From Candidatus Heimdallarchaeota archaeon (GTDB lineage: Archaea > Asgardarchaeota > Heimdallarchaeia > Heimdallarchaeales > Heimdallarchaeaceae), in the NCBI GenBank assembly GCA_019057815.1, contig JAHLWR010000017.1:12019-76018 (forward strand): a stretch of 64,000 bases of DNA, read 5' to 3'. Shown here piece after piece: positions 45,895 to 57,100 of the stretch (within the stretch, counting starts at the first letter, position 1; each line of letters opens with the position of its first letter). Made by a program: the position numbers and the translations under genes. Below the pieces are notes generated by a model that searched no databases, was not told the DNA's origin, and saw only the letters and a list, made by a program, of their open reading frames with translations.

Positions 45895-46653
45895 TTACTT
45901 TATTTTTTGAACTAAATCGAGTCGCTGTTGAACTACTAATTGTGTCAATTTTTGGATTGGTCTAACAATTAACCATACTGATTCTGGGCGGCTCTCTATT
46001 TTCAATCTCTCTTCTTCTAAGTGATTTTCTATCTTTGGGGAGTTTAAAAGTGAAAGAAGATCGTTACGAGCATTCAAACAGCTTCCTGTCATGACATGAT
46101 CTGCACTCTTCTTTGAGTTAATTGCTCCTGCATCAATCATCAATTTTATTATATCTCTTTTATCACAACGCTCTTCGGAAATTAAATCTGATTTATTAAT
46201 GAATGCTATTACAGGAATTTTTTGACCGAATTTATCACCAATTTTCTCCTTTGCATCCTTTATTATTCTCTCATTAGCTTTAAAAGATGTTTTTTCATAA
46301 CTCAGAAATAATAAGATAGCATCTGCACCTTTCATAACTATATCACTTTGAACTTTATGACGTTCTTCTCCCGGTGTTGTCCATAATTGATAACGTAATC
46401 TGTCAAATCTTCTTCCCTTAAAAGAAGGCGTTTGGAAAACACCTTGATCAAAAAAGATTGTTCGACCAGATACATCTTGAATTTTTGTTAAAGAAGAAAC
46501 AATTGTTTCAGGATTTTCCATTCTTCTAAGTGCGTTAAACACAGTTAACATACTTGTTTTTCCAGCCATAGACGGTCCAAAAAGCACTATTTTGAAGGTT
46601 GGTTTTCCTTCGCGGTCTACTGTAAATATGTCAGAGAGTTCTAATTGGCTCAT
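45895..46653 (-). CDS. MglA-like small GTPase, paralogue 1
   Basis: KIVLFGPSMAGKT, RTIFFD, WTTPGE, GAD, NKSD, SC. Confidence 0.85.
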   Translation of the reverse strand: MSQLELSDIFTVDREGKPTFKIVLFGPSMAGKTSMLTVFNALRRMENPETIVSSLTKIQDVSGRTIFFDQGVFQTPSFKGRRFDRLRYQLWTTPGEERHKVQSDIVMKGADAILLFLSYEKTSFKANERIIKDAKEKIGDKFGQKIPVIAFINKSDLISEERCDKRDIIKLMIDAGAINSKKSADHVMTGSCLNARNDLLSLLNSPKIENHLEEERLKIESRPESVWLIVRPIQKLTQLVVQQRLDLVQKIK

Positions 46654-46693
46654 ATATAAGATTAATCTGTTTTTAATATTAAAGTATTCCCAA

Positions 46694-48027
46694 GTGAACT
46701 ACTCCTACCTTAAGGAAGGAGTTGCTTGATTCATAGAAAAGACTTGACCACTAACAATAGCAGAAGCGGTGATAGTGACCAGAGGTCTGTTCTCCACAAG
46801 TATAGAGGCACATCCCGTACCCCTCTTCAAAATATTTATCGAAGCGTTATAATCGCGGTCTAACTCTAAGTCACAATGAGGACAGAAGTGTATTCTGGTT
46901 AAAAGGTTTTTCTTAACTATTCGCCCACATCTAGAACATTCTTGGGTAGTACCTTTGGGATGGACTTTAACTACTTCTTTATCAGCATTGACAGCTTTAT
47001 AAGATAAATAGTTGAAGAACTGTCCCCACGAGGCGTCTAAAATGTGACGATGGAGAGTGCGCGACCGCTTGTTCTTTTTATTACCTTTCTGTGATAGTTC
47101 TTTAATATCCAAGTCTTCTACACAGATAAGGTCATAATTATCAACATAAAATCTGGAGACTTTATGCAAAAAATCTTTACGTTGATTAGTAATTTCCTCT
47201 AGAAGTTTAGCTAATTGTAACTTGGCTTTTAACCAGTTCTTTGAACCCTTCTTTTTACGAGAAAGGGTTCTATGAGTGACTTTGATTTTCTTTATTTGTT
47301 TGTCTATATTCTTAGGGTTCTCTACTCTTATCCCATCAGAGTCGACGATAAACGAAGAAATCCCTACATCTATTCCTACACTTTTATTGGTTTTAGGAAG
47401 AACTAGTGGAACGTTTTCTACTTGTATATTAGCAAACCATCTACCCGTTTGAGTGTGTTTGAGGATTATCCCTTTAATTTTGTTTTTCCTTACTCTATTA
47501 TTTAGCCCTCTACAATTGATAGTTCCTATTTTAGAGAAAGTTATCTTGTTTTTATATTCGTCTATCTTGAACCCGCTCTGGTTATAATTGATAGTTTTGT
47601 ACCATCCCTTTCCTTTGAACCTCAAGTGACCTATTTTACGTCCATTCTTTTTTAACTTTGATAGACTCTTGATATTTGTCCATAGAGTGTGGTTGACCAT
47701 CTGTAAAACTTTGGAATGTACTCCTTTCAATTCTGGCATAGAGTTGTTTTTTAACCCCACAATAAAAGATTGAGTTCTGTTTTGTGTGAGTTTTTCTCCC
47801 TTCTCTCGCGCTTTCTTACACTCTTCTAGTAGCTTATTATAGAGTTTTCTACAAATGTCCAACTGTTCAATGAGTGTTGCTTGTTGCTGTTTATTAGGGT
47901 ACAGTTGCACTTTGTATGTTAACATTAGTTCACCCTCTTAGTTCTTTTTTTAGTATAAAAAGCTGAGTCTATACTGAAGTAAACCATCTAGCATTCATCC
48001 CCTCCCTAAAGTAAGAGGACTTCCGCT
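46694..48027 (-). mobile_element. IS200/IS605-family tnpB-only (IS1341-like) element
   Basis: Right-end hairpin CTCCTTCC-TTAA-GGTAGGAG then TAGTTCAC (end 46694); left-end hairpin TCCTCTTAC-TTTA-GGGAGGGGA. Left boundary uncertain (48027-48035). Confidence 0.85.
46705..47925 (-). CDS. tnpB: RNA-guided endonuclease TnpB
   Basis: YKVQLYP; RuvC motifs GIDVG, VEDL and DRDYNA; Zn finger CSRC/CPHC. Confidence 0.95.
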   Translation of the reverse strand: MLTYKVQLYPNKQQQATLIEQLDICRKLYNKLLEECKKAREKGEKLTQNRTQSFIVGLKNNSMPELKGVHSKVLQMVNHTLWTNIKSLSKLKKNGRKIGHLRFKGKGWYKTINYNQSGFKIDEYKNKITFSKIGTINCRGLNNRVRKNKIKGIILKHTQTGRWFANIQVENVPLVLPKTNKSVGIDVGISSFIVDSDGIRVENPKNIDKQIKKIKVTHRTLSRKKKGSKNWLKAKLQLAKLLEEITNQRKDFLHKVSRFYVDNYDLICVEDLDIKELSQKGNKKNKRSRTLHRHILDASWGQFFNYLSYKAVNADKEVVKVHPKGTTQECSRCGRIVKKNLLTRIHFCPHCDLELDRDYNASINILKRGTGCASILVENRPLVTITASAIVSGQVFSMNQATPSLR

Positions 48028-48073
48028 ATCAACAATTAAAGAAAAACGGAAAAATTAAAGAAAAAATCTAGAA

Positions 48074-50302
48074 CTATTTTTTGAGTTTTTGTCGGGTTAG
48101 TACAACTGATACTAATGCAATAATCGACAGGCTACCCAATAAATAATAACTAGAAACACGACTAGTCTCCGTAGTATAACCTTCTATAGTGAAATTGTCC
48201 GAATTAGGAGATCTAACTGTTCTTCCTGCATATTTGAAACTAATTGTTACATAATATTCACCAGTTAAGTAACCAGATAAATCAGTTGTATTACTTTCCC
48301 AGAGATCCTCTGAAGATTTGTAAAATATGTCAAAGGTACCTTCAACACTATCCGTCATGGCATTAAACAGTATAAGCATTACTTCTGCATTTTGAGTAAA
48401 CGTGTCCCAACCATAAAGTTGACTGTAGGTTGCTGATACTTTTACTTGAATACTGGAAACTGAAATCATTGTTACTATCGGCTTAAAGACTTCAAGAGTA
48501 TGTTGAATCGTTATAATACCTAGACTTTGAATCCCATACTGATAATCACCTGAAACAATTATTTTTACTATGAAATCTCCTTCAGGCAATTCTTGTAGGA
48601 CTAAAAATCCATACCAATGATCTATTGAAGAGTAGTTTAGTGCATATCGTATATACTCTTCTTCAGTATCTGAAACTATCAGTACAACATAAACGTCTAT
48701 ATCACTTAAATCCGAAATTTCCGTACCATTCTCGTCTACAATGTATATACTTCCACATGTATAGGACCAGTTGCTAGTGATGTAATTGGAATCGAAATCA
48801 AGAATAAATAGTGGATGTCCAATATCTACAGAATAATCTAAATCTTCGGTATAACCCACTCCCCATTGGTCATTAAAAGCGATGTTTGGTGTAGTTGTGC
48901 TTACAATGCTTGTTATTATATATGCTTCATCAATGGACGTTCCATTAACCATAATATCTATTATACCATCTTGAACTTCTTGTTTAACATGCCATCCATT
49001 AATGTCATGTACAGCTACAGAAATACCTATGGAGTGAATAATGGTTTCATTTAATTTAAACATAAGGTAGTTTGGAGGGGAATTGAGTTTTAAAATATGG
49101 AATCCATAGAATCTATGCATAACACCTGTTGAATCATATGGGTACAAGGATGTTTCATCAAAAACAGCTATAGAAATATCTAGATTGATAAAACCATACA
49201 AACCATCATTAAAAGAGGGATCATCTATTGTTAATGCTACAACCCAATTCAGATAAATAGTGTTAAAATCTACCAAATGACCTGCTTGTTCTAGAGCATC
49301 TTCAACACCTAGTGCACTATCATCTGCTTCATCTACTAAATAATTGATAGTTTCATAACCATATTTTTCTGCTATATAAAATATGAACAGGTAAGCAGCA
49401 CCGTAATCAATTCTAACATCTTTTCCACCATCACTTTCATAATTCCAATTTAAAAGGGCATTCTCTGGATTGTAAACAAAGTAATCTTCAACAAAATATG
49501 TTAAATTAGAAGCTGCTAAATGTCCTGTTATATAAGCTGCGAATTCTGCACAGCCTTCATCTATCCACCAATGCTCATCCTGATCGTGATTATAATGTAT
49601 TAGATGTTGGAATTCATGTGCTAGCACTCGCCAACCTTGTGTATATTCTACGTAAATCATCTCTCTTCTATTAGATTCTACTCCATTATGTTCATTAATC
49701 ACATCAAAATATCCTGCAACATATCCTCCTAAAGAAGTTAGAAAAATAGTGATATGAGGGTCACCATCAATGTCTCCCAAAGAACCATCAACATCACCGA
49801 AGAAGAGAACTTCATTAGGATAAATGTTAATTTCGAATTCATCTCTCCAATCTTCAGCAAGGTCTTCAGTGATAGCTAATCCCTTTTCAGCTATTTTTGC
49901 ATTAGAAACATAAACATATGAATTATTACCTATTGCTAAGAGTGTGGCTCTTACCTGAATTTTTTCATAAGGTAAAACAGTAAAGTCATCTATGATCCAG
50001 AAATCTACTTCTTCATATTTCTCAGAATCTAATTTTATTTCATCAATACTTAAATCAGAAATTGAAATTTCATCTTTTTGGTTCTCTTTTTGTTCATTGA
50101 ATTGAGATTTCAGAATTTGAGTTGGATTGGTAGGATCTAGTTCAAATAACTTCTCAGAAGATAAACTTGGAGGGTTAAATTTTTGAGCAGATTCACTCAT
50201 AGAGTTTATATCATCTGTGATTATGCTACCCCTTATTGCAAGGATTGGAATAAAACCAATTATCATTAGTGTGACTAATACTATTCGAGTTTGGTATTTC
50301 AT
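48074..50302 (-). CDS. Secreted, C-terminally anchored zinc metallopeptidase (M30-like)
   Basis: GYFD..NE, SN.REM.Y, AHEFQHLIHYN, W.DEG.AE, YGAAYLF; signal peptide and C-terminal TM. Confidence 0.85.
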   Translation of the reverse strand: MKYQTRIVLVTLMIIGFIPILAIRGSIITDDINSMSESAQKFNPPSLSSEKLFELDPTNPTQILKSQFNEQKENQKDEISISDLSIDEIKLDSEKYEEVDFWIIDDFTVLPYEKIQVRATLLAIGNNSYVYVSNAKIAEKGLAITEDLAEDWRDEFEINIYPNEVLFFGDVDGSLGDIDGDPHITIFLTSLGGYVAGYFDVINEHNGVESNRREMIYVEYTQGWRVLAHEFQHLIHYNHDQDEHWWIDEGCAEFAAYITGHLAASNLTYFVEDYFVYNPENALLNWNYESDGGKDVRIDYGAAYLFIFYIAEKYGYETINYLVDEADDSALGVEDALEQAGHLVDFNTIYLNWVVALTIDDPSFNDGLYGFINLDISIAVFDETSLYPYDSTGVMHRFYGFHILKLNSPPNYLMFKLNETIIHSIGISVAVHDINGWHVKQEVQDGIIDIMVNGTSIDEAYIITSIVSTTTPNIAFNDQWGVGYTEDLDYSVDIGHPLFILDFDSNYITSNWSYTCGSIYIVDENGTEISDLSDIDVYVVLIVSDTEEEYIRYALNYSSIDHWYGFLVLQELPEGDFIVKIIVSGDYQYGIQSLGIITIQHTLEVFKPIVTMISVSSIQVKVSATYSQLYGWDTFTQNAEVMLILFNAMTDSVEGTFDIFYKSSEDLWESNTTDLSGYLTGEYYVTISFKYAGRTVRSPNSDNFTIEGYTTETSRVSSYYLLGSLSIIALVSVVLTRQKLKK

Positions 50303-50360
50303 ATAATTCCCCTATAAATATTTTTGACTATATAGGATTTTAAATGTATTTGAACTACCA

Positions 50361-51626
50361 CTACCTAAAGGCGGTGGATTCTTGTTTCTTCGACGATTGC
50401 TTTCTTATAGAAAGTCTTACACCATCTCCACAAGCGTAACTTCCCGTCGTCCCAACGGTAGGGATGATAATGATATTATTAGTTTGAAGGATTTTGAGTC
50501 CTTCTTTTAGAAGGTTTTTTGAAGCATTAACATCTCTTTCATGAACTGTTGAGCATTTTGCACATATCCATTCGCGCTCTGATAGTTGGAGTTCTAAATT
50601 CTTCCAACCACAGTGAGAACATAATTTACTGGAAGGGAAAAACCGCTCCACTAATACAAGATGTCGCCCGTTTCGTTCTATTTTATGTCGCAAAGTTGAT
50701 ACGAATTGTGCCCAAGAAAAGTCTAAAGTAACGGATTTACTGATTCCTTTATTGAATTGTTGCATCCCTTTAATGTTTAAACGTTCTAAAATGATTGCAT
50801 CATATTCTTGAGCAAAACAAGTAGTTAATTTATGCAACCAATCATTTTTTCGGTTCGTGATTGTGTCATATTTTCGGGCTAATCGAAGTTGAGATTTCTT
50901 ACGATTCGATGAACCCTTCTTTTTTCGGGAAAGCCTGCGATGTAAGCGTTTAAGGCGGTTTTCTTCGTTTCGATAAAAACGGGGGTTGTTCAACTTTATT
51001 CTTTCGGAAATCAAAAAATGGGGTGCAGACATATCGAAAGCTTCAATTTTTGATAGTTTAATAACCTTTTTCTGAGAAATATTTATGTCACATTCTACAA
51101 GTAACGAGATAAAGTATTTACCGCTCTTGGTTTTCGAGACAGTGACTTGTTTGATAGGTTCGGTGAAGATTCGTTCATTTCGATACTTGATCCATGTGTT
51201 TATTTTAGGTAATTTTATCCGTTTTGTTTCAAAATCAATTTTGATGTTGTTATTGATGTTATATGTGGTATAACTCTGTTTATTTTTTTGGGATTTGAAA
51301 TTTGGGTATCCTATCTTTCGCGTGTTTTTCAACCCATCAAAGAATTTTTGAAAAGCGGTGTTCAGATTTCGAGTCACAGATTGAAGAGCTTTGCTATCTA
51401 CCTCTTTTAAGAAAGGAAACAACGCTTTGTATTCTTTTTCCGTTTTGTATTTGTGCGTGTATAGTTTTTCCTTATCGTGTTTGAGCTTTTGATACACTCC
51501 TTTTCGTTCATTAAGTATCTGATTCCATAGAAAACGACAGCAACCAAATGTTTTTGCTAATTGTGCTTGTTGTTCTTGGTTAGGATATATGCGGAACTTA
51601 TAAGCGTAATTAATCCTCACGTTCAA
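50361..51626 (-). CDS. tnpB: RNA-guided endonuclease TnpB
   Basis: YKFRIYPN..Q, FGCCRF.WN; RuvC motifs AFDMS, ILERL and ERDVNA; Zn finger CSHC/CAKC. Confidence 0.93.
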   Translation of the reverse strand: MNVRINYAYKFRIYPNQEQQAQLAKTFGCCRFLWNQILNERKGVYQKLKHDKEKLYTHKYKTEKEYKALFPFLKEVDSKALQSVTRNLNTAFQKFFDGLKNTRKIGYPNFKSQKNKQSYTTYNINNNIKIDFETKRIKLPKINTWIKYRNERIFTEPIKQVTVSKTKSGKYFISLLVECDINISQKKVIKLSKIEAFDMSAPHFLISERIKLNNPRFYRNEENRLKRLHRRLSRKKKGSSNRKKSQLRLARKYDTITNRKNDWLHKLTTCFAQEYDAIILERLNIKGMQQFNKGISKSVTLDFSWAQFVSTLRHKIERNGRHLVLVERFFPSSKLCSHCGWKNLELQLSEREWICAKCSTVHERDVNASKNLLKEGLKILQTNNIIIIPTVGTTGSYACGDGVRLSIRKQSSKKQESTAFR

Positions 51627-52032
51627 GTTTCCCCCGTTGAGTTTCTATATATTGATTAAGTCTATCAATAGAAACATTTCCCGTAGTAGCAATAAAATAG
51701 TTAGGACTCCAGAAATGGTCTCCCCATAATTTATTGCTCAAAAATTTCGCATACTTTTTCCTCAAAAACCGAGAGGTATGCCCTTTAATGGAATTAATAT
51801 ATTTTGGTATATCTAGATTTGGCTTAGCTGAGATTAATAAACGAGCATGTTCAATTCCACATTCAATTGCCAATACCTCAACATCAAAAGTTTGACTTAA
51901 TTCTTTCACTTTATCTTTGAAATCTCCAATAATTCCAATATCATCTAAGAAAACCTTTTGTCGATATTTTACAACGAATATCAAATGGTAGTTGAGCAAA
52001 TAGACACGATGGGCTTCTTTCCGATATTTCAT
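51610..52032 (-). CDS. tnpA: Y1 transposase TnpA with mutated HUH motif
   Basis: YHLIFVVKYR, KG.TSR, FWSP.YF..T.G and YIE.Q; the HUH motif reads HAR. Confidence 0.9.
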   Translation of the reverse strand: MKYRKEAHRVYLLNYHLIFVVKYRQKVFLDDIGIIGDFKDKVKELSQTFDVEVLAIECGIEHARLLISAKPNLDIPKYINSIKGHTSRFLRKKYAKFLSNKLWGDHFWSPNYFIATTGNVSIDRLNQYIETQRGKLERED

Positions 52033-52158
52033 ATTTAGTTCCCTTACATAAATGGTTACTAATATTATTATATAACCATATCTTATAAGTTTATGTATTC
52101 CCCATCCATGCCCTAGAGTACATGGCTTTAGTACTTATTTGTAAATTTCTGAAAAATG

Positions 52159-52926
52159 TTACACTATCCAGCTTTTGATAATAGGATAAAGTAGTGACAC
52201 TAAGTAATTTAGTAGTAGTAACAGTGCAGATAGTATTATCAGTGAAAGAGCTGATAAGTTTCTTTTAGCATGACGATTTGCACTTCTTAGTTCTTTTCCC
52301 CAGTAAGTCTGATCTTCGCGTTTAAATTCCCAGTATTCCAGATAGTCCTCTTCATCCGCTTCTGGATCACAAATTATTCTTATTTTGTCTTTTATTTCTT
52401 TATCTGAATCCATTTTTCCAAAAACTTCAATCAGGATAGAAACAGCTTTCTTTGGTGGATTTTTAAAAATTTGTCTTACAATAACTACATTATTTTCGGT
52501 ATCTATTGTTGATGGCAATTTCTTATCGTTTATAAGAATAAAAATACTTTCTCCATTTACAGCGCTAGGTTCAAATTTAACTCTGATTTGAAAATCCGAT
52601 GGGGCAACTGATTGGTCATCTGGCTCGACAATTCTCATCTTTGGTGGAATGTGATACCTACTTAAACCTCCCATACATCCGCCAAAAATGAGAAAAATTC
52701 CTGGAATATAGAGTAATGATTTAGTGAAAAAATCAACTCCTGAATATTCACTAAAATCGAGTATTATCCAGATAATTATTTCCGTGACTAATATGATACC
52801 CCCCCATTTTAGTTGGAAGAATGCTATTCTTCTAGCTTTCTGCTTTAATGTCAAAGTTAAGAAATCAATTTCTTCTTTTTTCTCTTTTTCCCCTCTTTTA
52901 CGGAAACTAAATTTCATATCAATCAC
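52159..52926 (-). CDS. Hypothetical membrane protein
   Basis: Two N-terminal and one C-terminal TM segments flanking a beta-rich region. Confidence 0.7.
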   Translation of the reverse strand: MIDMKFSFRKRGEKEKKEEIDFLTLTLKQKARRIAFFQLKWGGIILVTEIIIWIILDFSEYSGVDFFTKSLLYIPGIFLIFGGCMGGLSRYHIPPKMRIVEPDDQSVAPSDFQIRVKFEPSAVNGESIFILINDKKLPSTIDTENNVVIVRQIFKNPPKKAVSILIEVFGKMDSDKEIKDKIRIICDPEADEEDYLEYWEFKREDQTYWGKELRSANRHAKRNLSALSLIILSALLLLLNYLVSLLYPIIKSWIV

Positions 52927-53191
52927 TAACTATGTACTTAAACAGAGTAAAAGCGTAATAAACCATTAAAATGGATAAGTGAATTCCAAAGAATGCACCA
53001 ACGATAGAATCATATGTTTCTATAGGTATCCATCTAGCTGCTGCATAGACAAAAAGCGCACCCCCGCCAAATAACATGGCAGAAGAAACAGCTAGAGCTG
53101 TTATCATCTTGAGAACAACCATATCGAATAATTTGTCTGGTTTCTTTACAGTTGTTGTTTCTTCTTGATCATATTCTTCTTCATCGTTCAA
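52919..53191 (-). CDS. Small 2-TM hypothetical protein
   Basis: Acidic N-terminus and two TMs; AGGTG SD; overlaps next gene. Confidence 0.7.
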   Translation of the reverse strand: MNDEEEYDQEETTTVKKPDKLFDMVVLKMITALAVSSAMLFGGGALFVYAAARWIPIETYDSIVGAFFGIHLSILMVYYAFTLFKYIVSD

Positions 53192-53312
53192 TTACAACAC
53201 CTAGATGTATATTATTTTTATTGGATTTTATCACCAAAACTAACTATATTGTTTCAGTACTATGCTTTCCTTCCCATAATCATGTAATTATTAAGGTTTG
53301 TTTATTTCCAAC

Positions 53313-54170
53313 TTAATTTTGTTCTAGAAAGAGTTTTCCTTTCTCCTGAACTTTTATTTTTACTTCCTCTTCAACAGTCATTATTTCAGTAATATGTCTA
53401 GGTAGCTGCATTGAACCATATCTGTCGAGATAAACACTATTAAGATCTCGTAGAGTTCTAAGATTTTTTGAATAAGAAAATCCAGATATTCGACCATCAA
53501 CGATTTGAATTATTCTGTCACTTGTTTTCGCGACATCAAAATCGTGGGTTACCATAATAGCCGTTATACCGATCGTTTCATTCAAGTAACGGAAATATCT
53601 CATCAGTTCTTTAGCTGTTTTAGTATCAAGTTCACCTGTAGGCTCATCAGCTAAAAGTAATGATGGTGAATGAGCAAGAGCACAAGCTAGTCCAGCTCGT
53701 TGCACTTGACCTCCTGATAGTTGCATGGGTTTGTGATGACGCCATCTCTCAAGACCAACATCTTCCAAGAGGTCTTTGATTCTCCTTTTTCTTTCTTCTA
53801 AAGGCATACCAAGTAACCTTAATTGGATATCTACATTTTCCTCAATTGTGATTTCGAATATTAAATTACGACTCGGTAATTGCCATAAAGTGCCAACCTT
53901 ATATCTGCGATAGAGACTTCGACCATATACTGATAATTTGTCTAACCTAGAATCTCCAACTTTGACAAATCCCGCAGTAGGATCCAACATCCCCGCAAGT
54001 ATAAGCATAAGTGTTGTTTTTCCGCTTCCTGAAGGACCAATTATTGATATAAATTCTCCTTTATCAATAACTAATTCTATTCCTCTTAATGCTGGAACCC
54101 CAGTTTGATTCCTTTTTGTTTGATAGATTTTCATTAAATCTCTAATTTCTATAAATGTCATTTTTTCCAC
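53313..54170 (-). CDS. ABC transporter ATP-binding protein (LolD/MacB type) with AbrB-like C-terminal extension
   Basis: GPSGSGKT, LSGGQ, LADEPTG, VTHD; C-terminal LDRYGSMQLP. Confidence 0.93.
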   Translation of the reverse strand: MEKMTFIEIRDLMKIYQTKRNQTGVPALRGIELVIDKGEFISIIGPSGSGKTTLMLILAGMLDPTAGFVKVGDSRLDKLSVYGRSLYRRYKVGTLWQLPSRNLIFEITIEENVDIQLRLLGMPLEERKRRIKDLLEDVGLERWRHHKPMQLSGGQVQRAGLACALAHSPSLLLADEPTGELDTKTAKELMRYFRYLNETIGITAIMVTHDFDVAKTSDRIIQIVDGRISGFSYSKNLRTLRDLNSVYLDRYGSMQLPRHITEIMTVEEEVKIKVQEKGKLFLEQN

Positions 54171-57100
54171 CTATGCTGATTGTCTTAATTCATTACCAAT
54201 CTCTTTCTTAACAGTAGTGAATACTGGTATTATAGCCCCTATTGCTGCAGCTAAAACTAATATCGACACTGATACAATAATCCACGAAACTGGATAGATC
54301 ATAGTGAATGGCGGAATAGTTCTATTTACAGATAGTACTCCCATTAGCATTGAAGAGGAGATGAAACCTGTAATTACTCCGATTATCATCGAGAAGAATA
54401 ATAATGCCAAATACATTGTTATGTATAATCTTAATAATTGACTTGTAGAAATACCAATAGCTTTCATAGTTGCAATTTCTTTTGATCTTTCAATGAGCTG
54501 AATCGCTGCAAAAAGTGTTAGAATTATAGCATTTATGGCAAATGACATAAGCATAGTTGAGTTAATAGCGGAGAAGAGGATAGAATGTCTTGGTGTATCT
54601 GGTTTTACAAATAATTGGTTTTTTACATCATAAACATTAGTTCCACCTATACCTCTCAATATCGAAGCAGTTTTACCTATATCTACTCCTTCTTCTACCT
54701 TTATGAATAAGAAATTTTGAATTGAATAAGGAGTAACTTTGATTGAGTTTAAGTTATTTATAGAAGTAACAAAGTGGTAGTAAATTGCTGAAGCATCCTC
54801 TTCAGCTTCATATCTGATAAAAGCAGGCCAGAACTTGAAATCATTTACTAAACTTACAGTCAAATTAGATTGCCCGACGTAACTTCCTGTTTCCTCCATA
54901 TTTTCTTCTCCATAAGATTTGTATGTGAAGTTAAATGGTTGTCCAATTTTATGATCTAAGGCCAAGAGTTCATCTTGTTGGCCTAGCACTGAGAATCCTG
55001 TGTCTTCTAATTGTGATAACAGTGTATTAAGTGAATCATCTGCAAAATCTTCACTGAAAAATCCAGTTTCGGCATATGTGCTTGTATCTATAAAGAGTAT
55101 AGAATAAATTATACCAAAAGCTCCAGAAACATCTCTAAGATTTACAAATCTTACGATGGATGTACTTTTCACTTCTTCTAAGTCGGTAATATAATTAATA
55201 AGATATTGGCTTTCTACTGGGAAACCTTTGATAACAATGTCACATCCAATATCATAATATGCGCCTTGTTCATTAAAAACTTGGAAAGTGGCAGGTACTA
55301 CTATACTATTGATAACTATTGAAAATGAAAGACTTAGTATCATTGAGGATCTGATGAAACTACTTTTGTATCTAAAGAGATCTTTCAAACTTAGTGATAT
55401 TATGTCTTTTTTGAGTTTTTTAGCGATGAAGTTTATAGATCGTGCAAACAATGGTAAGAATCTTTGAAAAACTAGTATAAGACCAAAGAGTGTTATAATT
55501 ACAGCTGGTATACCAATACCTTTTGCTGTTTTTAGTTTTTCATCACTTAAATCAGGAATTTTGTACACAATCCATAAAGAAATCCCAAGGAGAAGAAAAC
55601 CTACATCTAGATAATATCTGTAAAGTGATGGTAAGTGTCGTTCTACTTTTCCATAATCAAGAGAGCTTCGCTTTTTTAACAGTGTAGCTACATTAATCAA
55701 TTGTATTACAAGGATAGCTATAATACTTGCAATCAATGCTCTACTTATAGATCCAACTTCAACAACTAAAGGAAGTGAAGGGTTGGTGAAGTTAAGAAAA
55801 CCTGCACTTTTAGTTAGCAATTTAGCTAAAGGGCTGCCTACTGCCACTCCTATGATTAGAGCAAAACCACCAATAACAACTGATTCAAGGATTAGATAAG
55901 AAGCAATTTCAACTCTATTAGCTCCTCTTGAAGAAAGAATTGTAAGTTGTCTCTCCCGTTTCTTCCGAACAAGATTTGCTGCATAAATTGTAACAATAAT
56001 CGTTAAAGCTATAATTGGAGCCAAAAATGAATACATGAAAATTTGATACAAATTGTATTCATCTTTGAAATCTTCAAGCAAATCAATCAAATAAGAGTTG
56101 ATTTCAACTTCTTTATAACCTAAATCACTGAAATACCATGTTTTTAAAGATAGAATAATTTGCTTGATGAGATCAATATCGTCCTGTAAGTCAAAGGCAT
56201 CAATTAGATTAACATTGAAAAATAGGTTCTCATAGATATTGGCTTTTCCTTCGGTTAAACCAATTGAATGGAGAATGTTTGCAGATATTTCCCATGCAGA
56301 TAAAACCGCAAGTTGATCTTCTAATTCAAGCATGCTTTCAGTTGTCATGCTTACTTTTGTATTTATAATATCATATCTGGGAATATCATCTAAGAAGACC
56401 ACACCAGAAATGTTAACTTCTGTATATGCTTCCGGATAGAGAAGAGATTGTTCCTTATAGAAAGAAACTGGAACTAATAGGTGGGCAGTTGTATTTACTT
56501 TAATAGAAGAATGATTATAATAATTCTGTGTTGTAAGAAGAAGAACTTCTCCGTTATTTCTCGGTGCTCTACCGATAGAAATATGATTCCAAAAATGTGA
56601 TCGTAGTTTTCCATCTGTTCCAAACAAATTCATATTTGGATATGTTGTTATATTTGTGATAGAATCAATATCCTTTGTAAATGTTCCCCGTTTAAAATAA
56701 AGGTCCTTTTGAAGAATGTATTCCGTAACATTGATGTATTCAATTGCATTTGTAGCAGTATCTAATATCTGATCGTACTGGCCTGCAATGGTCTCGATTA
56801 GTTCGTATTCTACCTCCACTTGAAGATACTGCCTTGATTCACCTTCCAAAAACAATTCAAACGCACGATATTGATAAGAATACATAAAGAACGTGTATTG
56901 TGTTAATACAATAACAGCTAATGTTACACCTATTGCAGAGATTAATCCATATTTCCATCCTGCTTTAAATAATGGTCTAAAAAGGTGAAGACCGGGAAGG
57001 AAAGGAAGCAGAGCTATATCTGCGATTATGCTTATAACAAGAAGAATAGGACTGATAAGAAGCAAGACGAAGGAAACAACCAATACTTCTAGTGTTTTTT

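Larger units (their letters stand above)
50350..52140 (-). mobile_element. IS605-group element (tnpA+tnpB) with IS608-type ends
   Basis: Minus strand left end: TTAC|AAATAAGTACT-AAAG-CCATGTAC-TCTA-GGGCATGG. Right end: GAAT-CCACCGCC-TTTA-GGTAGTGG-TAGT-TCAA|. Guide/cleavage tetranucleotides AAAG/TTAC and GAAT/TCAA match IS608. Confidence 0.92.
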
